DNA of 64,000 nt from an uncultured Prevotella sp. (GCA_900315525.1 OMZO01000013.1:2646-66645); one strand, 5' to 3'; positions 16,792 through 26,968 are shown, counted from the stretch's first letter. Notes: generated by a model from the letters alone, not told the origin. Numbers and translations: made by a program.

Positions 16792-18102
16792 ATGGAAACG
16801 CCAATTAAGAAAGAAATCGTTGACGGACTGGTGGCTGAGCTTGGCATCAAGGATTTTGCGAAGGCAACGATCCGTGAGGTAAAGCAAGTGGCAGCAAAGT
16901 CTGAGAATGCGAGTGGGGTAGAGTTCATCAAGATGGAAATGGGTATTCCTGGTCTGCCTGCCGCTCAGGTAGGTGTCGATGCCCAGATTCAGGCATTAAA
17001 GGATGGTATCGCCCACAGCTATCCTGATATTCAGGGTGCCCCTGTGCTGAAAGAGGCTGCCTCTCAGTTTGTGAAGGCATTCATCGGTATCGATATCAAA
17101 CCCGAGGGTTGTGTCCCCGTGACTGGTTCGATGCAGGGTACATTCGCCTCATTCCTCACTTGTTCACAACGCGACAAGCAGAAGGATACCGTGTTGTTTA
17201 TCGACCCCGGTTTCCCTGTGCAGAAGATGCAGCTGGAGGTGATGGGCGTGAAGTATCAGACCTTTGATGTCTATGACTATCGTGGTGAAAAACTCGGTCC
17301 GAAACTTGAGAGCTATCTCTCAAAAGGTAATATCTGCGCCATCGTATATTCCAATCCCAACAATCCCTCGTGGATCTGCCTGCGTGAGGAAGAACTGAAG
17401 GTGATAGGTGAGCTCGCTACGAAATACGATACCATCGTGATGGAGGATCTCGCTTATTTCGCAATGGACTTCCGTAAGGAGCTCTCGACACCATTCGAGC
17501 CGCCTTATCAGGCTACCGTTGCCCGCTACACAGACAACTACATGTTGCTGATTAGTGGCTCTAAGGCCTTCAGCTATGCGGGTGAGCGTATCGGAGTTAC
17601 CTGTATCTCCGACGCTTTGTTCCATCGCCATTTCGATGCGCTGTCTGAGCGTTATCAGGGATTGCCTTTCGGACCTGTGTTCTCTACGCGAATGCTTTAT
17701 GCTTTGAGTTCAGGTACGAGCCATAGTGCCCAGTATGCGTTGGCTGCCATGCTGAAAGCCGCCTACGAAGGTAAGTACGACTTCCGCAAGGAGATCAGTG
17801 TATACGGAGAGCGCGCCAAGAAACTCAAGGAGATTTTCTGCCGTCACAATTTTTATGTGGTGTATGATAAAGACCTCGATGAACCCATTGCTGACGGCTT
17901 CTACTTCACCATTGGTTATCCTGGCATGACCTCAGGACAGCTGGCTCTCGAACTGATGTATTATGGTGTATCGGCCATCTGTCTGATTACCTGCGGTTCT
18001 GAACAGGAAGGCTTGCGCGTATGTACATCTTTTATTGAAGATCACCAATACGCTCTCTTAGAAGAACGCATGAAGATTTTCGAAGAGAATAATCCCTGTT
18101 GA
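16792..18102 (+). CDS. PLP-dependent aminotransferase (class I/II)
   Basis: About 436 aa from ATG 16792 (METPIKKEIVDG...). The PLP-lysine context is SGSKAFSYAGERIG. The GTG at 16759 lies inside the repeat element. Confidence 0.8.
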   Translation: METPIKKEIVDGLVAELGIKDFAKATIREVKQVAAKSENASGVEFIKMEMGIPGLPAAQVGVDAQIQALKDGIAHSYPDIQGAPVLKEAASQFVKAFIGIDIKPEGCVPVTGSMQGTFASFLTCSQRDKQKDTVLFIDPGFPVQKMQLEVMGVKYQTFDVYDYRGEKLGPKLESYLSKGNICAIVYSNPNNPSWICLREEELKVIGELATKYDTIVMEDLAYFAMDFRKELSTPFEPPYQATVARYTDNYMLLISGSKAFSYAGERIGVTCISDALFHRHFDALSERYQGLPFGPVFSTRMLYALSSGTSHSAQYALAAMLKAAYEGKYDFRKEISVYGERAKKLKEIFCRHNFYVVYDKDLDEPIADGFYFTIGYPGMTSGQLALELMYYGVSAICLITCGSEQEGLRVCTSFIEDHQYALLEERMKIFEENNPC

Positions 18103-18144
18103 AGAGAAGTGCCTCTGCTGGCACGATAAATGGCACTTATCCAA

Positions 18145-18184
18145 AAATAAGCGGCACCTCCCATCAGAGAAGTGCCGCTTATTT
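18145..18184. terminator. Bidirectional hairpin terminator between the aminotransferase gene and rho
   Basis: AAATAAGCGGCAC...GTGCCGCTTATTT forms a 13-bp stem flanked by A/T runs. Confidence 0.75.
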
Positions 18185-18198
18185 ATATAGGGTTATTC

Positions 18199-20094
18199 TT
18201 ATCCGTTCATCGACATGAGGAACTCCTCATTGCTGCGGGTGTTGACCAGACGGTCGCGAATGGTATTCATGGCCTCTACTGGCGTCATCTCTGCAATGAA
18301 CTTGCGGATAATCCACATGCGGTTGAGTGTCGTGTCGTCAAGCAGCAGATCGTCGCGACGCGTAGAAGATAGTACCAGGTCGATGGCAGGGAAGATACGC
18401 TTATTGGAGAGTGAGCGGTTCAGCTGAATCTCAGAGTTACCAGTGCCCTTGAACTCCTCGAAGATCACTTCGTCCATCTTTGAACCCGTATCTACCAGTG
18501 CCGTTGCAATAATCGTCAGTGAACCGCCGCCCTCAATGTTTCGTGCAGCACCGAAGAAACGCTTCGGCTTCTGCAGGGCATTGGCATCGACACCACCAGT
18601 AAGTACCTTTCCAGAGGTGGGGGCTACGGTGTTATAAGCACGTGCCAGACGTGTGATAGAGTCAAGGAAGATTACGACATCATGGCCGCATTCTACCATG
18701 CGCTTAGCTTTCTCAAGTACGATGCCGGCAATCTTGACATGGCGGTCTGCTGGTTCGTCAAATGTGGAGGCAATAACCTCTGCATTGACGGTACGAGCCA
18801 TATCTGTCACCTCCTCTGGACGCTCATCGATGAGCAACATCATGATATAGGCTTCAGGATGGTTGGCGGCGATGGCATTGGCAATGTCTTTCATCAAGAC
18901 CGTCTTACCTGTCTTAGGCTGAGCCACGATGAGTGCACGCTGACCTTTACCGATAGGAGAGAAGAGGTCGACGATGCGAACGCTGGGATTCGATGTCTCC
19001 TTGTCGCCGCAAAGATTGAACTTCTCTTCAGGGAATAGCGGTGTCAAGTGTTCGAATGCCACACGGTCGCGTACTTCAGATGGTTCACGGCCGTTGATGC
19101 TCTTGACGGAGGACAAGGCAAAATATTTCTCATTGTCATGAGGCGGACGTACGGTGCAGTCAACGACATCACCCGTCTTCAGACCGTATTTCTTGATCTG
19201 CTGAGGAGACACGTAGACATCATCGGGAGACGACAGATAGTTATAGTCTGAACTGCGGAGAAAACCATAACCATCGGTAAGGGCTTCCAGCACACCATTG
19301 GCGGTGATGATATCTGCAAAGTCAAACTTCGGTGTGTTTGTATCCCGTGAATAGACCATTTCCATTTCCTGTTTGTTCTGTTGTGCTACAGGACGATCGA
19401 ACATATCGAGGGTGGGGAGTGCCTCCTGATCTTCGATGGGAATGTCGACCACGGTGATAAAGTCTGTGCCGTCGCCAGGATCACCAGCCCACACGTCGCT
19501 ATCCTCGGGAACAAACTCCTGTTCCTTGCGGTTAGCCATCTTTTCGCGCAGCTTCTCCATTGCGTCGGCTGTTACCTCGTCGGCAGTCTCAGGCGTACTC
19601 TCCATAGCTTCGGGCACGACCGCTTCGATATCCTCTTGCATCTCCTGCTGAGGCTCGGGCTGCTGTTCTTCTGCAACGACCTCCTCCTGCTTGGCAGATG
19701 CCTCTTCAGCAGCAGCCTTTGTCTTGCGGGTGCGACGCTTTGGAGCCTCGGGCTCTGCAGCCGGTTTCTCCTCTGTCTCTGGAGCAGGCAGTGGCTCATC
19801 GCTGAAGAGAGATACAGGTTCTGCTTTCTTTGAACGATTGCTCTTCGAGTCCAGGTTCTCACCATCTTTACCTTTTACAGTATAGACTTTGCTCGTATCT
19901 TTCTTGGCAATGCGTGTGCGTTTTTTCTTAGGGGCATCATCACTAGATTCCGCACTATTCTCAGCGGCCTTGTCGATGATGGCGTAGATGACATCCTCTA
20001 GGGCACTGTCTTGTGAAACCTTGATGCCTAATTCATTAGCGATACCCATCAACTGGGGTATCTCCATAGCTTCTAATTCTTCTTTTTTATACAT
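18199..20094 (-). CDS. rho: Transcription termination factor Rho with a long low-complexity N-terminal insertion
   Basis: The C-terminal part has a Walker A (AQPKTGKT) and conserved Rho ATPase sequence. Start is at ATG 20094 ([26 protein letters not shown], a Rho_N-like segment). About 200 aa between them are rich in E, K, A and P. Confidence 0.9.
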   Translation of the reverse strand: MYKKEELEAMEIPQLMGIANELGIKVSQDSALEDVIYAIIDKAAENSAESSDDAPKKKRTRIAKKDTSKVYTVKGKDGENLDSKSNRSKKAEPVSLFSDEPLPAPETEEKPAAEPEAPKRRTRKTKAAAEEASAKQEEVVAEEQQPEPQQEMQEDIEAVVPEAMESTPETADEVTADAMEKLREKMANRKEQEFVPEDSDVWAGDPGDGTDFITVVDIPIEDQEALPTLDMFDRPVAQQNKQEMEMVYSRDTNTPKFDFADIITANGVLEALTDGYGFLRSSDYNYLSSPDDVYVSPQQIKKYGLKTGDVVDCTVRPPHDNEKYFALSSVKSINGREPSEVRDRVAFEHLTPLFPEEKFNLCGDKETSNPSVRIVDLFSPIGKGQRALIVAQPKTGKTVLMKDIANAIAANHPEAYIMMLLIDERPEEVTDMARTVNAEVIASTFDEPADRHVKIAGIVLEKAKRMVECGHDVVIFLDSITRLARAYNTVAPTSGKVLTGGVDANALQKPKRFFGAARNIEGGGSLTIIATALVDTGSKMDEVIFEEFKGTGNSEIQLNRSLSNKRIFPAIDLVLSSTRRDDLLLDDTTLNRMWIIRKFIAEMTPVEAMNTIRDRLVNTRSNEEFLMSMNG

Positions 20095-20181
20095 AATATG
20101 GGTATATAATTCTACCAGTTGGAATTGAAAAAATGTGAAGGAAATGCTTCTCGAACGGAAACATTGTTTTGAAAAACGTTG

Positions 20182-20189
20182 CAAAGGTA
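20182..20189 (-). promoter_or_regulatory. -7 promoter box TACCTTTG for rho
   Basis: Plus-strand CAAAGGTA, giving a leader of about 80 nt. Confidence 0.5.
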
Positions 20190-20315
20190 ATCATTATTTT
20201 GTGAACCTCCAAACTTTTTAAGTTTTTTTGTTGGATTTCTCGTCTCTTAGACATCGTCGATGGTACTTTCGTTCGGAAAAACTCAAAAACGTTTGGGATT
20301 TCGCTCACTTATTCG

Positions 20316-20323
20316 TAACTTTG
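20316..20323 (+). promoter_or_regulatory. -7 promoter box TAACTTTG for engB
   Basis: Matches TAnnTTTG, 20 nt upstream of ATG 20343. Confidence 0.5.
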
Positions 20324-20342
20324 CCCCCAAAAAGCAAGAATA

Positions 20343-20945
20343 ATGGAAATCAAGAAAGCAGAATTCACCCTCAGTGCTCCGACAGTCTCGATGTGTCCGA
20401 AGGATTATAAGCCAGAATACGCCTTCATCGGCCGTTCTAATGTCGGAAAGTCGAGTCTGATCAATATGTTGACTAATAACAAGAAGCTAGCCAAGACTTC
20501 TGCAACGCCAGGCAAGACCCTGCTCATCAATCATTTTATCATCAATGACGAGTGGTATCTGGTCGATTTGCCAGGATATGGCTTTGCCAAACGATCGAAG
20601 AAAGAAGTGCAGAGGCTGGAGCAGATGATTAGTGGTTACATCCTGCAGCGCGAGCAGCTGGTGAATGTGTTCCTGCTCGTGGATGTCCGTTTGGAACCGC
20701 AGAAGATCGACCTCGAATTCATAGAGTGGCTTGGAACCAGTAGTGTGCCCTTTGCCATCGTATTCACCAAGGCCGATAAACTCAGTGCCAGTAAGGTGAG
20801 TCAGAATGTTGAGGCTTACAAGAAGGTGCTGCTAGAGACTTGGGAGGAGTTGCCCCCCATCTTCATCACCTCGTCGGAGAAGAAGGCTGGTCGCAGTGAG
20901 GTGCTTGACTATATAGAGCAAATCAACCGTGATCTGAAAGAGTAG
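20343..20945 (+). CDS. engB: Ribosome biogenesis GTP-binding protein YihA/EngB
   Basis: G1 is [13 protein letters not shown]3 is DLPGYG, G4 is TKADK; length 200 aa. Confidence 0.9.
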   Translation: MEIKKAEFTLSAPTVSMCPKDYKPEYAFIGRSNVGKSSLINMLTNNKKLAKTSATPGKTLLINHFIINDEWYLVDLPGYGFAKRSKKEVQRLEQMISGYILQREQLVNVFLLVDVRLEPQKIDLEFIEWLGTSSVPFAIVFTKADKLSASKVSQNVEAYKKVLLETWEELPPIFITSSEKKAGRSEVLDYIEQINRDLKE

Positions 20946-20951
20946 GGAAGG

Positions 20952-22730
20952 ATGGCAAAGGACATACCATATTTAGACGTACAGCAACTGACGAAATCCT
21001 TTGGATCGCTGGTGCTTTTCGAGCAAATCAGTTTCTCGATAGCAGAAGGGCAGAAGGTGGGACTGATTGCCAAGAATGGTACTGGAAAATCGACTCTGCT
21101 CTCTGTGCTTTCGGGTAAGGAAGGCTATGATTCTGGTGAGATTATCTTTCGTCGTGATCTTCGTGTGGGCATGTTGGAACAATCTCCTGTATTCGATCCA
21201 GCGGAAAGTGTCCTCGATGCCTGTTTCAACCATCAGGGAGATCCAGAGCGAGTGCTCAAGGCCAAACAGATCCTGACACAGTTGAAGATCCGTGACCTGC
21301 AGCAACCGATGGGACAGTTGAGTGGTGGACAGCAGAAGCGTGTAGCTCTGGCGAATGTGCTGATTACCGATCCGGATCTGTTGATTCTTGATGAGCCGAC
21401 GAACCATCTCGACTTGGAGATGATCGAGTGGCTGGAGGGCTTCCTGAACAGGGGGAATAAGACCTTGCTGATGGTTACTCACGACCGCTTCTTTCTAGAC
21501 CGTGTCTGTTCTGTAATCCTGGAACTCGACGACCAGACCATCTATACCTATCGCGGCAACTACAGCTATTATCTGGAGAAGCGACAGGAACGCCTCGACA
21601 ACCGTCGGGCTGAGATAGCAAGGGCCAACAACCTTTATCGCACGGAGTTGGAATGGATGCGCCGTATGCCACAGGCCCGCGGTCATAAGGCTCGCTACCG
21701 TGAGGAGGCTTTCTATGAACTGGAGAAGGTTGCCAAGCAACGCATAGAGGAGCGCCAGATTCGTCTGAAGTCGCGTAATGTGTATATTGGTTCTAAGATT
21801 TTTGAGTGCCAGTATGTCTCGAAGTCTTTCGACGATAAGGTCATCCTTAAGGATTTCTACTACAACTTCTCCCGTTTCGAGAAGATGGGTATCGTCGGCA
21901 ATAACGGCACAGGTAAATCTACTTTCATCAAGATGCTCTTGGGAATGGTGCCGCCAGATGGTGGCCGATTCGACATTGGCGATACTGTTCGCTTTGGCTA
22001 TTTTTCCCAAGAGGGCTTGCAGTTTGACGAACAACAGAAGGTACTCGATGTCGTGAAGGACATCGCTGAATATATCGATATGGGAGGTGGCAAGCACTTC
22101 TCTGCGTCGCAGTTTCTGCAGTATTTCCTCTTTACGCCAGAGCAGCAGCATAACTATGTCTATAAACTGAGTGGAGGAGAGCGACGCAAGTTGTACCTAT
22201 GTACAGTACTGATGAAGAATCCGAACTTTCTGGTACTCGACGAGCCTACAAACGATTTAGACATTGTGACGCTCCAGATTCTGGAAGAGTATCTTCAGGA
22301 TTTCCCTGGCTGTGTCATCGTGGTGAGTCACGACCGCTACTTTATGGATAAGGTTGTTGACCACTTGCTGGTCTTCAAGGGAGAAGGTGAGGTGAAGGAC
22401 TTCCCAGGCAACTATACCCAGTATCGTGAATGGAGTGCCCTTCAGCCCAAGGAATCCAAGGAGGTCGTTGAGACAAAAGAAGTGAAAGACAACAGACTTC
22501 CTAAGGAGACCAAGAAGAAGCTGTCGTATAAGGAAAAACGGGAATTTGAACAGTTGGAGCAGGAAATTGCAGCTCTGGAAGAAGAACAGCGTCAGTTAGA
22601 GGAGGCGCTTTGCAGCGGAACGCTTTCTGTGGATGAATTGACGGAAAAGAGCAAACGTCTTCCACTCTTGAAAGATGAGCTTGACGAGAAGTCTATGCGT
22701 TGGTTGGAACTTAGTGAAATTGAAAGTTGA
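20952..22730 (+). CDS. ABC-F family ATPase (Uup/EttA-like, two ABC domains, C-terminal coiled coil)
   Basis: Two Walker A sites (AKNGTGKST, GNNGTGKST), two signature motifs (LSGGQQKR, LSGGERRK), and no transmembrane domain. Confidence 0.9.
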   Translation: MAKDIPYLDVQQLTKSFGSLVLFEQISFSIAEGQKVGLIAKNGTGKSTLLSVLSGKEGYDSGEIIFRRDLRVGMLEQSPVFDPAESVLDACFNHQGDPERVLKAKQILTQLKIRDLQQPMGQLSGGQQKRVALANVLITDPDLLILDEPTNHLDLEMIEWLEGFLNRGNKTLLMVTHDRFFLDRVCSVILELDDQTIYTYRGNYSYYLEKRQERLDNRRAEIARANNLYRTELEWMRRMPQARGHKARYREEAFYELEKVAKQRIEERQIRLKSRNVYIGSKIFECQYVSKSFDDKVILKDFYYNFSRFEKMGIVGNNGTGKSTFIKMLLGMVPPDGGRFDIGDTVRFGYFSQEGLQFDEQQKVLDVVKDIAEYIDMGGGKHFSASQFLQYFLFTPEQQHNYVYKLSGGERRKLYLCTVLMKNPNFLVLDEPTNDLDIVTLQILEEYLQDFPGCVIVVSHDRYFMDKVVDHLLVFKGEGEVKDFPGNYTQYREWSALQPKESKEVVETKEVKDNRLPKETKKKLSYKEKREFEQLEQEIAALEEEQRQLEEALCSGTLSVDELTEKSKRLPLLKDELDEKSMRWLELSEIES

Positions 22731-22752
22731 GAATTGAAAGATAATAGAATTG

Positions 22753-23376
22753 ATGATACAACAGCAATACCCCTCAGAATTACTGGAAAAGGCCGTTAGG
22801 GAATTCTCTAAACTTCCTGGCATCGGTCGCAAGACGGCACTCAGGCTTGTGCTGTGGATGCTTCGTCAGGACGATGCCGATGTTGAGCAGTTTGCCGATG
22901 CCGTCAAGGAACTCAAACATGGCGTGAAATACTGTCATGTATGCCATAATATCAGCGACACAGACATCTGTCCTATTTGTGCAGATGCCCATCGCGACGC
23001 TTCCACCGTCTGTGTGGTGGAAAATATCCAGGACGTGATGGCGATAGAGAATACCCAGCAGTTTCATGGACTCTATCATGTGCTGGGTGGTGTCATCTCC
23101 CCGATGGACGGAATAGGACCTGGAGATATTGCCATCGACTCGCTCGTGCAGCGAGTGGCTGCAGGCGACATCGCAGAGGTGATTCTGGCACTAAGTCCTA
23201 CGATGGAAGGAGATACGACCAACTTCTATATCAACCGCAAATTGTCTCCCTATGATGTGAAAGTCAGTGTAATTGCCAGAGGTGTCTCTGTAGGCAATGA
23301 ACTGGAATATGCCGATGAGGTGACCCTTGGGCGCTCTATCATCAACCGTACACTATTTGAAGAGAAACAAACATGA
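22753..23376 (+). CDS. recR: Recombination protein RecR
   Basis: The helix-hairpin-helix is [12 protein letters not shown], the zinc finger is [16 protein letters not shown], and a Toprim region follows. ATG 22753 is one codon after the TTG of the ORF track. Confidence 0.9.
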   Translation: MIQQQYPSELLEKAVREFSKLPGIGRKTALRLVLWMLRQDDADVEQFADAVKELKHGVKYCHVCHNISDTDICPICADAHRDASTVCVVENIQDVMAIENTQQFHGLYHVLGGVISPMDGIGPGDIAIDSLVQRVAAGDIAEVILALSPTMEGDTTNFYINRKLSPYDVKVSVIARGVSVGNELEYADEVTLGRSIINRTLFEEKQT

Positions 23377-23792
23377 AGAAAACAAAGAATCTGCTGTCGT
23401 GTGTCTTTGCAGCAGGCATGATCGTCGTTGTCATCCTCGTCGTGTTGTACGAGAGCGACATTCTGGTGTCAGGAATGTTGGCGGGTGCCCATCAGTCAGA
23501 GTTCCTGTGGACGACGCTGATGGAACTGGCTACTCTTGGCTGTGCGTTCCTGGCCTTGCGTCTGTTTAAGTTTGATAGGGTTCATCGAGCCCTCAACGAA
23601 CAGAAGGCCGTTGCCCTGAAGAAATGGGGCCTCCTCCGTCTGTTGCTATTGTTCCTGCCGTTGTTGGCTGACACCTTATTATATTATATATACATGAATC
23701 CGACATTCGGCTATCTTGGTATCATTCTGGCACTCTGTCTGCCGTTTGTCTATCCGAGTGAAGGCCGATGTATCGCAGAGACAGAACAGTGA
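23373..23792 (+). CDS. Hypothetical integral membrane protein (139 aa, about 4 TM)
   Basis: The ATG overlaps the recR stop (ATGA). Hydrophobic segments run throughout. Confidence 0.65.
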   Translation: MKKTKNLLSCVFAAGMIVVVILVVLYESDILVSGMLAGAHQSEFLWTTLMELATLGCAFLALRLFKFDRVHRALNEQKAVALKKWGLLRLLLLFLPLLADTLLYYIYMNPTFGYLGIILALCLPFVYPSEGRCIAETEQ

Positions 23793-24625
23793 AGCTAAGC
23801 GTTGTCATCGTCAACTATAACGTTCGCGATTATGTGGTGCAGTGCCTTCAGAGCGTACATCAAGCCCTCGATGGCATTGAGGGTGAGGTGTTTGTCGTCG
23901 ATAATAACTCGCCAGATGACAGTGTGGAGGTCCTGAGACGTGATTTCCCCTGGGTCCGTCTGATTGCCAATACGGAGAATGTTGGTTTTTCCCGAGCAAA
24001 TAATATCGCTATTCGTCAGTCGCATGGAATGTATGTGCTCTTGCTTAATCCAGATACCGTTGTTGAGGCAGATACCTTTAAGAAGGTGCTGTCTTTCATG
24101 GATACCCATCCTGCAGTAGGCGGAGCTGGGGTGATGATGCATAACGAGGATGGAACACTTGCGCCTGAGTCGCGTAGGGCCTTGCCCACGCCTTGGGTGG
24201 CATGTCTGAAGATGCTAGGGTTCACCAAACGCTACTATATGAGTCATCTGCCATGGGACGCTCCTGCGCAGATAGAGGTAATCAGTGGTGCTTTCTGTAT
24301 GTTGCGTCGTGCGGCACTCGACAAGATAGGTCTCCTGGATGAGGATTTCTTTATGTATGGTGAGGATATCGACCTCTCGTACAGACTTCTGAAGGGAGGT
24401 TGGCAGAACTGGTATCTACCTTGCCCCATCGTCCATTACAAGGGGAGGTCGACTCGGAAGACCGATTATCGCTATGTCCACATTTTCTATCAGGCCATGC
24501 TGATCTTCTTCCGCAAGCACTATCGTCATCAGAGCTTCTTCTTCACCTTTCCTGTGAAGGTGGCCATATATTTCCGTGCCATGCTGGCACTGATTGATAT
24601 CCTACGAAAAAAACTGCACTTATGA
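23768..24625 (+). CDS. Family 2 glycosyltransferase
   Basis: [15 protein letters not shown]...VVDNNSPDDS...GFSRANN is a GT2 signature. An alternative start is GTG 23789, which overlaps the upstream stop (GTGA). Confidence 0.85.
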   Translation: MYRRDRTVKLSVVIVNYNVRDYVVQCLQSVHQALDGIEGEVFVVDNNSPDDSVEVLRRDFPWVRLIANTENVGFSRANNIAIRQSHGMYVLLLNPDTVVEADTFKKVLSFMDTHPAVGGAGVMMHNEDGTLAPESRRALPTPWVACLKMLGFTKRYYMSHLPWDAPAQIEVISGAFCMLRRAALDKIGLLDEDFFMYGEDIDLSYRLLKGGWQNWYLPCPIVHYKGRSTRKTDYRYVHIFYQAMLIFFRKHYRHQSFFFTFPVKVAIYFRAMLALIDILRKKLHL

Positions 24626-25128
24626 ACCCCAAAGTACACCTGCGGGCTATTGAGCCTGAAGACTTGGATCTGCTCTATCGGATCGAAAACGACGTCAAGT
24701 TGTGGAATGTCGGAACGACCAATGTGCCGTATTCCCGTTATACGCTTCACGACTATGTTGCGAATGCCTCCGATGATATCTATACCGACCGTCAGGTACG
24801 ACTCATGGTTGAAGATGCTTCAGGAGCGGTTGTCGGCATTGCGGATATCGTGAATTTCGATCCTGGAAATTGTCGTGCAGAAGTGGGACTGATTATCCTT
24901 GATGCCTTTCGTCGACAGGGTTATGGTAGCAGTACGCTGCATGCAGTGGCTGATTATGCGCTTAGTGTACTCCATCTGCACCAGTTGTTTGCCTTCGTGG
25001 ATGTTACCAATGAGGCTTCGCTGCATTTGTTCAGGGTGATGGGCTATCGAGAGTCTGCTCGTATAGCAGATTGGCTCTACGACGGACGTAAATACCGTGA
25101 TGCCGTATTGATGCAGTACGTGTTTTAG
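24622..25128 (+). CDS. GNAT family N-acetyltransferase (RimJ/RimL-like)
   Basis: 168 aa. It contains the acetyl-CoA binding-like motif RRQGYGSSTL. The ATG overlaps the upstream stop. Confidence 0.75.
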   Translation: MNPKVHLRAIEPEDLDLLYRIENDVKLWNVGTTNVPYSRYTLHDYVANASDDIYTDRQVRLMVEDASGAVVGIADIVNFDPGNCRAEVGLIILDAFRRQGYGSSTLHAVADYALSVLHLHQLFAFVDVTNEASLHLFRVMGYRESARIADWLYDGRKYRDAVLMQYVF

Positions 25129-25191
25129 CAGTTTTTTTGTGCTGAGACCAAAAAAAGTCGGAAAATGTTTTGCGGTTTCAGAAATTATTCA

Positions 25192-25199
25192 TACCTTTG
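25192..25199 (+). promoter_or_regulatory. -7 promoter box TACCTTTG for the tRNA-Asp pair
   Basis: Matches TAnnTTTG, 29 nt upstream of the first tRNA. Confidence 0.55.
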
Positions 25200-25227
25200 C
25201 ACCCGCTAATAAGGAAAAGCGTTCTTT

Positions 25228-25301
25228 GGTGCGTTAGTTCAGTAGGTTAGAATGCCTGCCTGTCACGCAGGAGGTCACGAGTTCGAATCTCGTACGCACC
25301 G
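25228..25301 (+). tRNA. tRNA-Asp (anticodon GTC), copy 1
   Basis: GGTGCGTTAGTTCAGTAGGTTAGAATGCCTGCCTGTCACGCAGGAGGTCACGAGTTCGAATCTCGTACGCACCG. The acceptor stem GGTGCGT/ACGCACC pairs and the anticodon loop is CTGTCAC. Confidence 0.95.
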
Positions 25302-25329
25302 CTCTCTTTTCTCGATGTCAGCACCTTTT

Positions 25330-25403
25330 GGTGCGTTAGTTCAGTAGGTTAGAATGCCTGCCTGTCACGCAGGAGGTCACGAGTTCGAATCTCGTACGCA
25401 CCG
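25330..25403 (+). tRNA. tRNA-Asp (anticodon GTC), copy 2, identical sequence
   Basis: Exact 74-nt duplicate of copy 1 after a 28-nt spacer. Confidence 0.95.
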
Positions 25404-25404
25404 C

Positions 25405-25437
25405 AAAAAAGTCCATCGGTTTCCGATGGACTTTTTT
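25405..25437 (+). terminator. Rho-independent terminator after the tRNA-Asp pair
   Basis: AAAAAAGTCCATCGG-TTT-CCGATGGACTTTTTT. Confidence 0.85.
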
Positions 25438-25457
25438 GTTGAGATAAAGTATATTGC

Positions 25458-25518
25458 ACAAAAAAGGCTCGCCGCTGCGAGCCGAATTGTTAACCTTAAA
25501 TCTAATACTATGAAAAAC
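25458..25518 (-). ncRNA. Candidate small RNA (about 60 nt) bounded by its own promoter and an intrinsic terminator
   Basis: On the minus strand there is TTTG (25556-25553), then TATCTTTG (25532-25525), then about 45 nt, then the hairpin GGCTCGC-AGCG-GCGAGCC (25483-25466), then TTTTTT (25465-25460). No plausible ORF is present. Confidence 0.4.
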
Positions 25519-25524
25519 ACATTG

Positions 25525-25532
25525 CAAAGATA
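25525..25532 (-). promoter_or_regulatory. -7 promoter box TATCTTTG for the candidate sRNA, with a -33 TTTG at 25553-25556
   Basis: Plus-strand CAAAGATA. Spacing to the upstream TTTG is about 20 nt, as in the Bacteroides consensus. Confidence 0.45.
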
Positions 25533-25659
25533 AGTTGTTTTCCTGTAAGTTGCAAACTTTTTCCCGACTTTTTCTGTTTTTCGGGTGAAAAAGACCTAAT
25601 TTTTAACATCTCTTTACGAATTGAGTACTCATTTTCTTGCATTTCAAGTCAAATTGCCG

Positions 25660-25667
25660 TAACTTTG
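25660..25667 (+). promoter_or_regulatory. -7 promoter box TAACTTTG for the TPR protein gene
   Basis: Matches TAnnTTTG, 22 nt upstream of ATG 25689. Confidence 0.5.
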
Positions 25668-25688
25668 CAGCCACAATAATGACTTAGC

Positions 25689-26873
25689 ATGAATATTAGG
25701 ATATACACAATCATAGCATTTCTTTGTCTGGTGACCCTCGGATATGGTCAGCGACGCCAGTTACAGGAAGCCCGAGCTATCATTAAGAGCGGAAAAGGCT
25801 TTGCCAACGCTGAGAAAATGATGGTTGCCCTGCTTAAGGACAGCGCTAACCTTAATAATATGCGTATATATGATATGTGGTTGCAGTCTGTCGAGAAACA
25901 GTATGACCAAGTCAATGAGCAGATGTACAAGAAACAGGTGGTCGATACAGCCAGCCTCTTCGGACTTACCCAGCGAATTTTCATGATTGCTGAGCGTCTG
26001 GACTCTATTGATATGCGTCCCGACAAGAAGGGTAGGGTGCATCTCACGTATCGTGAAGATAATGCACAGCGTCTTGACACCTATCGCCCTAACCTGTTTT
26101 TCGGAGGAACCTATTTCCTGCGCAAGAACGATCTTCAGCGTGCCTATGATTACTTTGAACGTTACATCGATTGTGCCCAACAGCCACTGTTTACCGATTT
26201 TCGTTATGAAGAGACAGACACTCGCCTGCCAGAGGCTGCCTATTGGGCTACTTATTGTGGTTATCGGATGGATAATCCCGTATTGGCACTCCGTTATGCA
26301 AAGCTTGCCAAGCGCGACACCCTGAAATTGGAGTCGACACTACAGTACGTCTCTCAGGCCTGGCTGAGGCTGAAAGACGATGCCTCTTATGTCGCCACGC
26401 TGCAAGAGGGTTTCCTGCTGTTTCCCAAGTCGGGCTATTTCTTCCCACGATTGATGGACAGCTATACTTCGAAGGGCAATTATACAAAGGCGCTCAGCGT
26501 TGCCGACGAGGCATTGGCCGTGGATAGCCTTCATCCGCTGTTTCTGTTGGCAAAGAGCACGATGCTCCTTAATGTCGGGAATTACGCCCAATGTATCAAC
26601 TATAGTGATCGGCTTATTGCGGTGGACAGTCAGATGGCAGATGCCTACTATAATGCCGGAACGGCTTATCTGAATATTGCGTTGAACATGGATGCCCGGA
26701 AGTATAGGAAGCAGATTCGCAAGATGTACCAACAGGCGATGCCCTACATGGAGACCTATCGGAAACTGGCGCCGGACGAACGCCAGAAATGGGGGCCTGC
26801 CCTTTATCGTATTTATTTCAACCTGAATATGGGAAAGCAGTTCGACGAGATTGACAAAATCTTAAAGAAATAA
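25689..26873 (+). CDS. TPR-repeat protein with an N-terminal signal/anchor
   Basis: 394 aa. It has a hydrophobic N-terminus (MNIRIYTIIAFLCLVTLGYG) and repeated A/Y/L-rich helical pairs (AYYNAGTAYLNIAL and similar). Confidence 0.65.
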   Translation: MNIRIYTIIAFLCLVTLGYGQRRQLQEARAIIKSGKGFANAEKMMVALLKDSANLNNMRIYDMWLQSVEKQYDQVNEQMYKKQVVDTASLFGLTQRIFMIAERLDSIDMRPDKKGRVHLTYREDNAQRLDTYRPNLFFGGTYFLRKNDLQRAYDYFERYIDCAQQPLFTDFRYEETDTRLPEAAYWATYCGYRMDNPVLALRYAKLAKRDTLKLESTLQYVSQAWLRLKDDASYVATLQEGFLLFPKSGYFFPRLMDSYTSKGNYTKALSVADEALAVDSLHPLFLLAKSTMLLNVGNYAQCINYSDRLIAVDSQMADAYYNAGTAYLNIALNMDARKYRKQIRKMYQQAMPYMETYRKLAPDERQKWGPALYRIYFNLNMGKQFDEIDKILKK

Positions 26874-26914
26874 AAAAGATAAGTCTGTTTGATACGAGTT
26901 TGCCATTTTATGCT

Positions 26915-26922
26915 TATCTTTG
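26915..26922 (+). promoter_or_regulatory. -7 promoter box TATCTTTG for the phosphoglucomutase gene
   Basis: Matches TAnnTTTG, 47 nt upstream of ATG 26969. Confidence 0.5.
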
Positions 26923-26968
26923 TGGATTAGAAATTTATAACAATCTAAAACGAACAAAATAAGTAATT

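Noticed and set aside
25336-25527. A 63-aa minus-strand ORF
   Set aside because: It overlaps the second tRNA-Asp and its terminator, so it is not coding.
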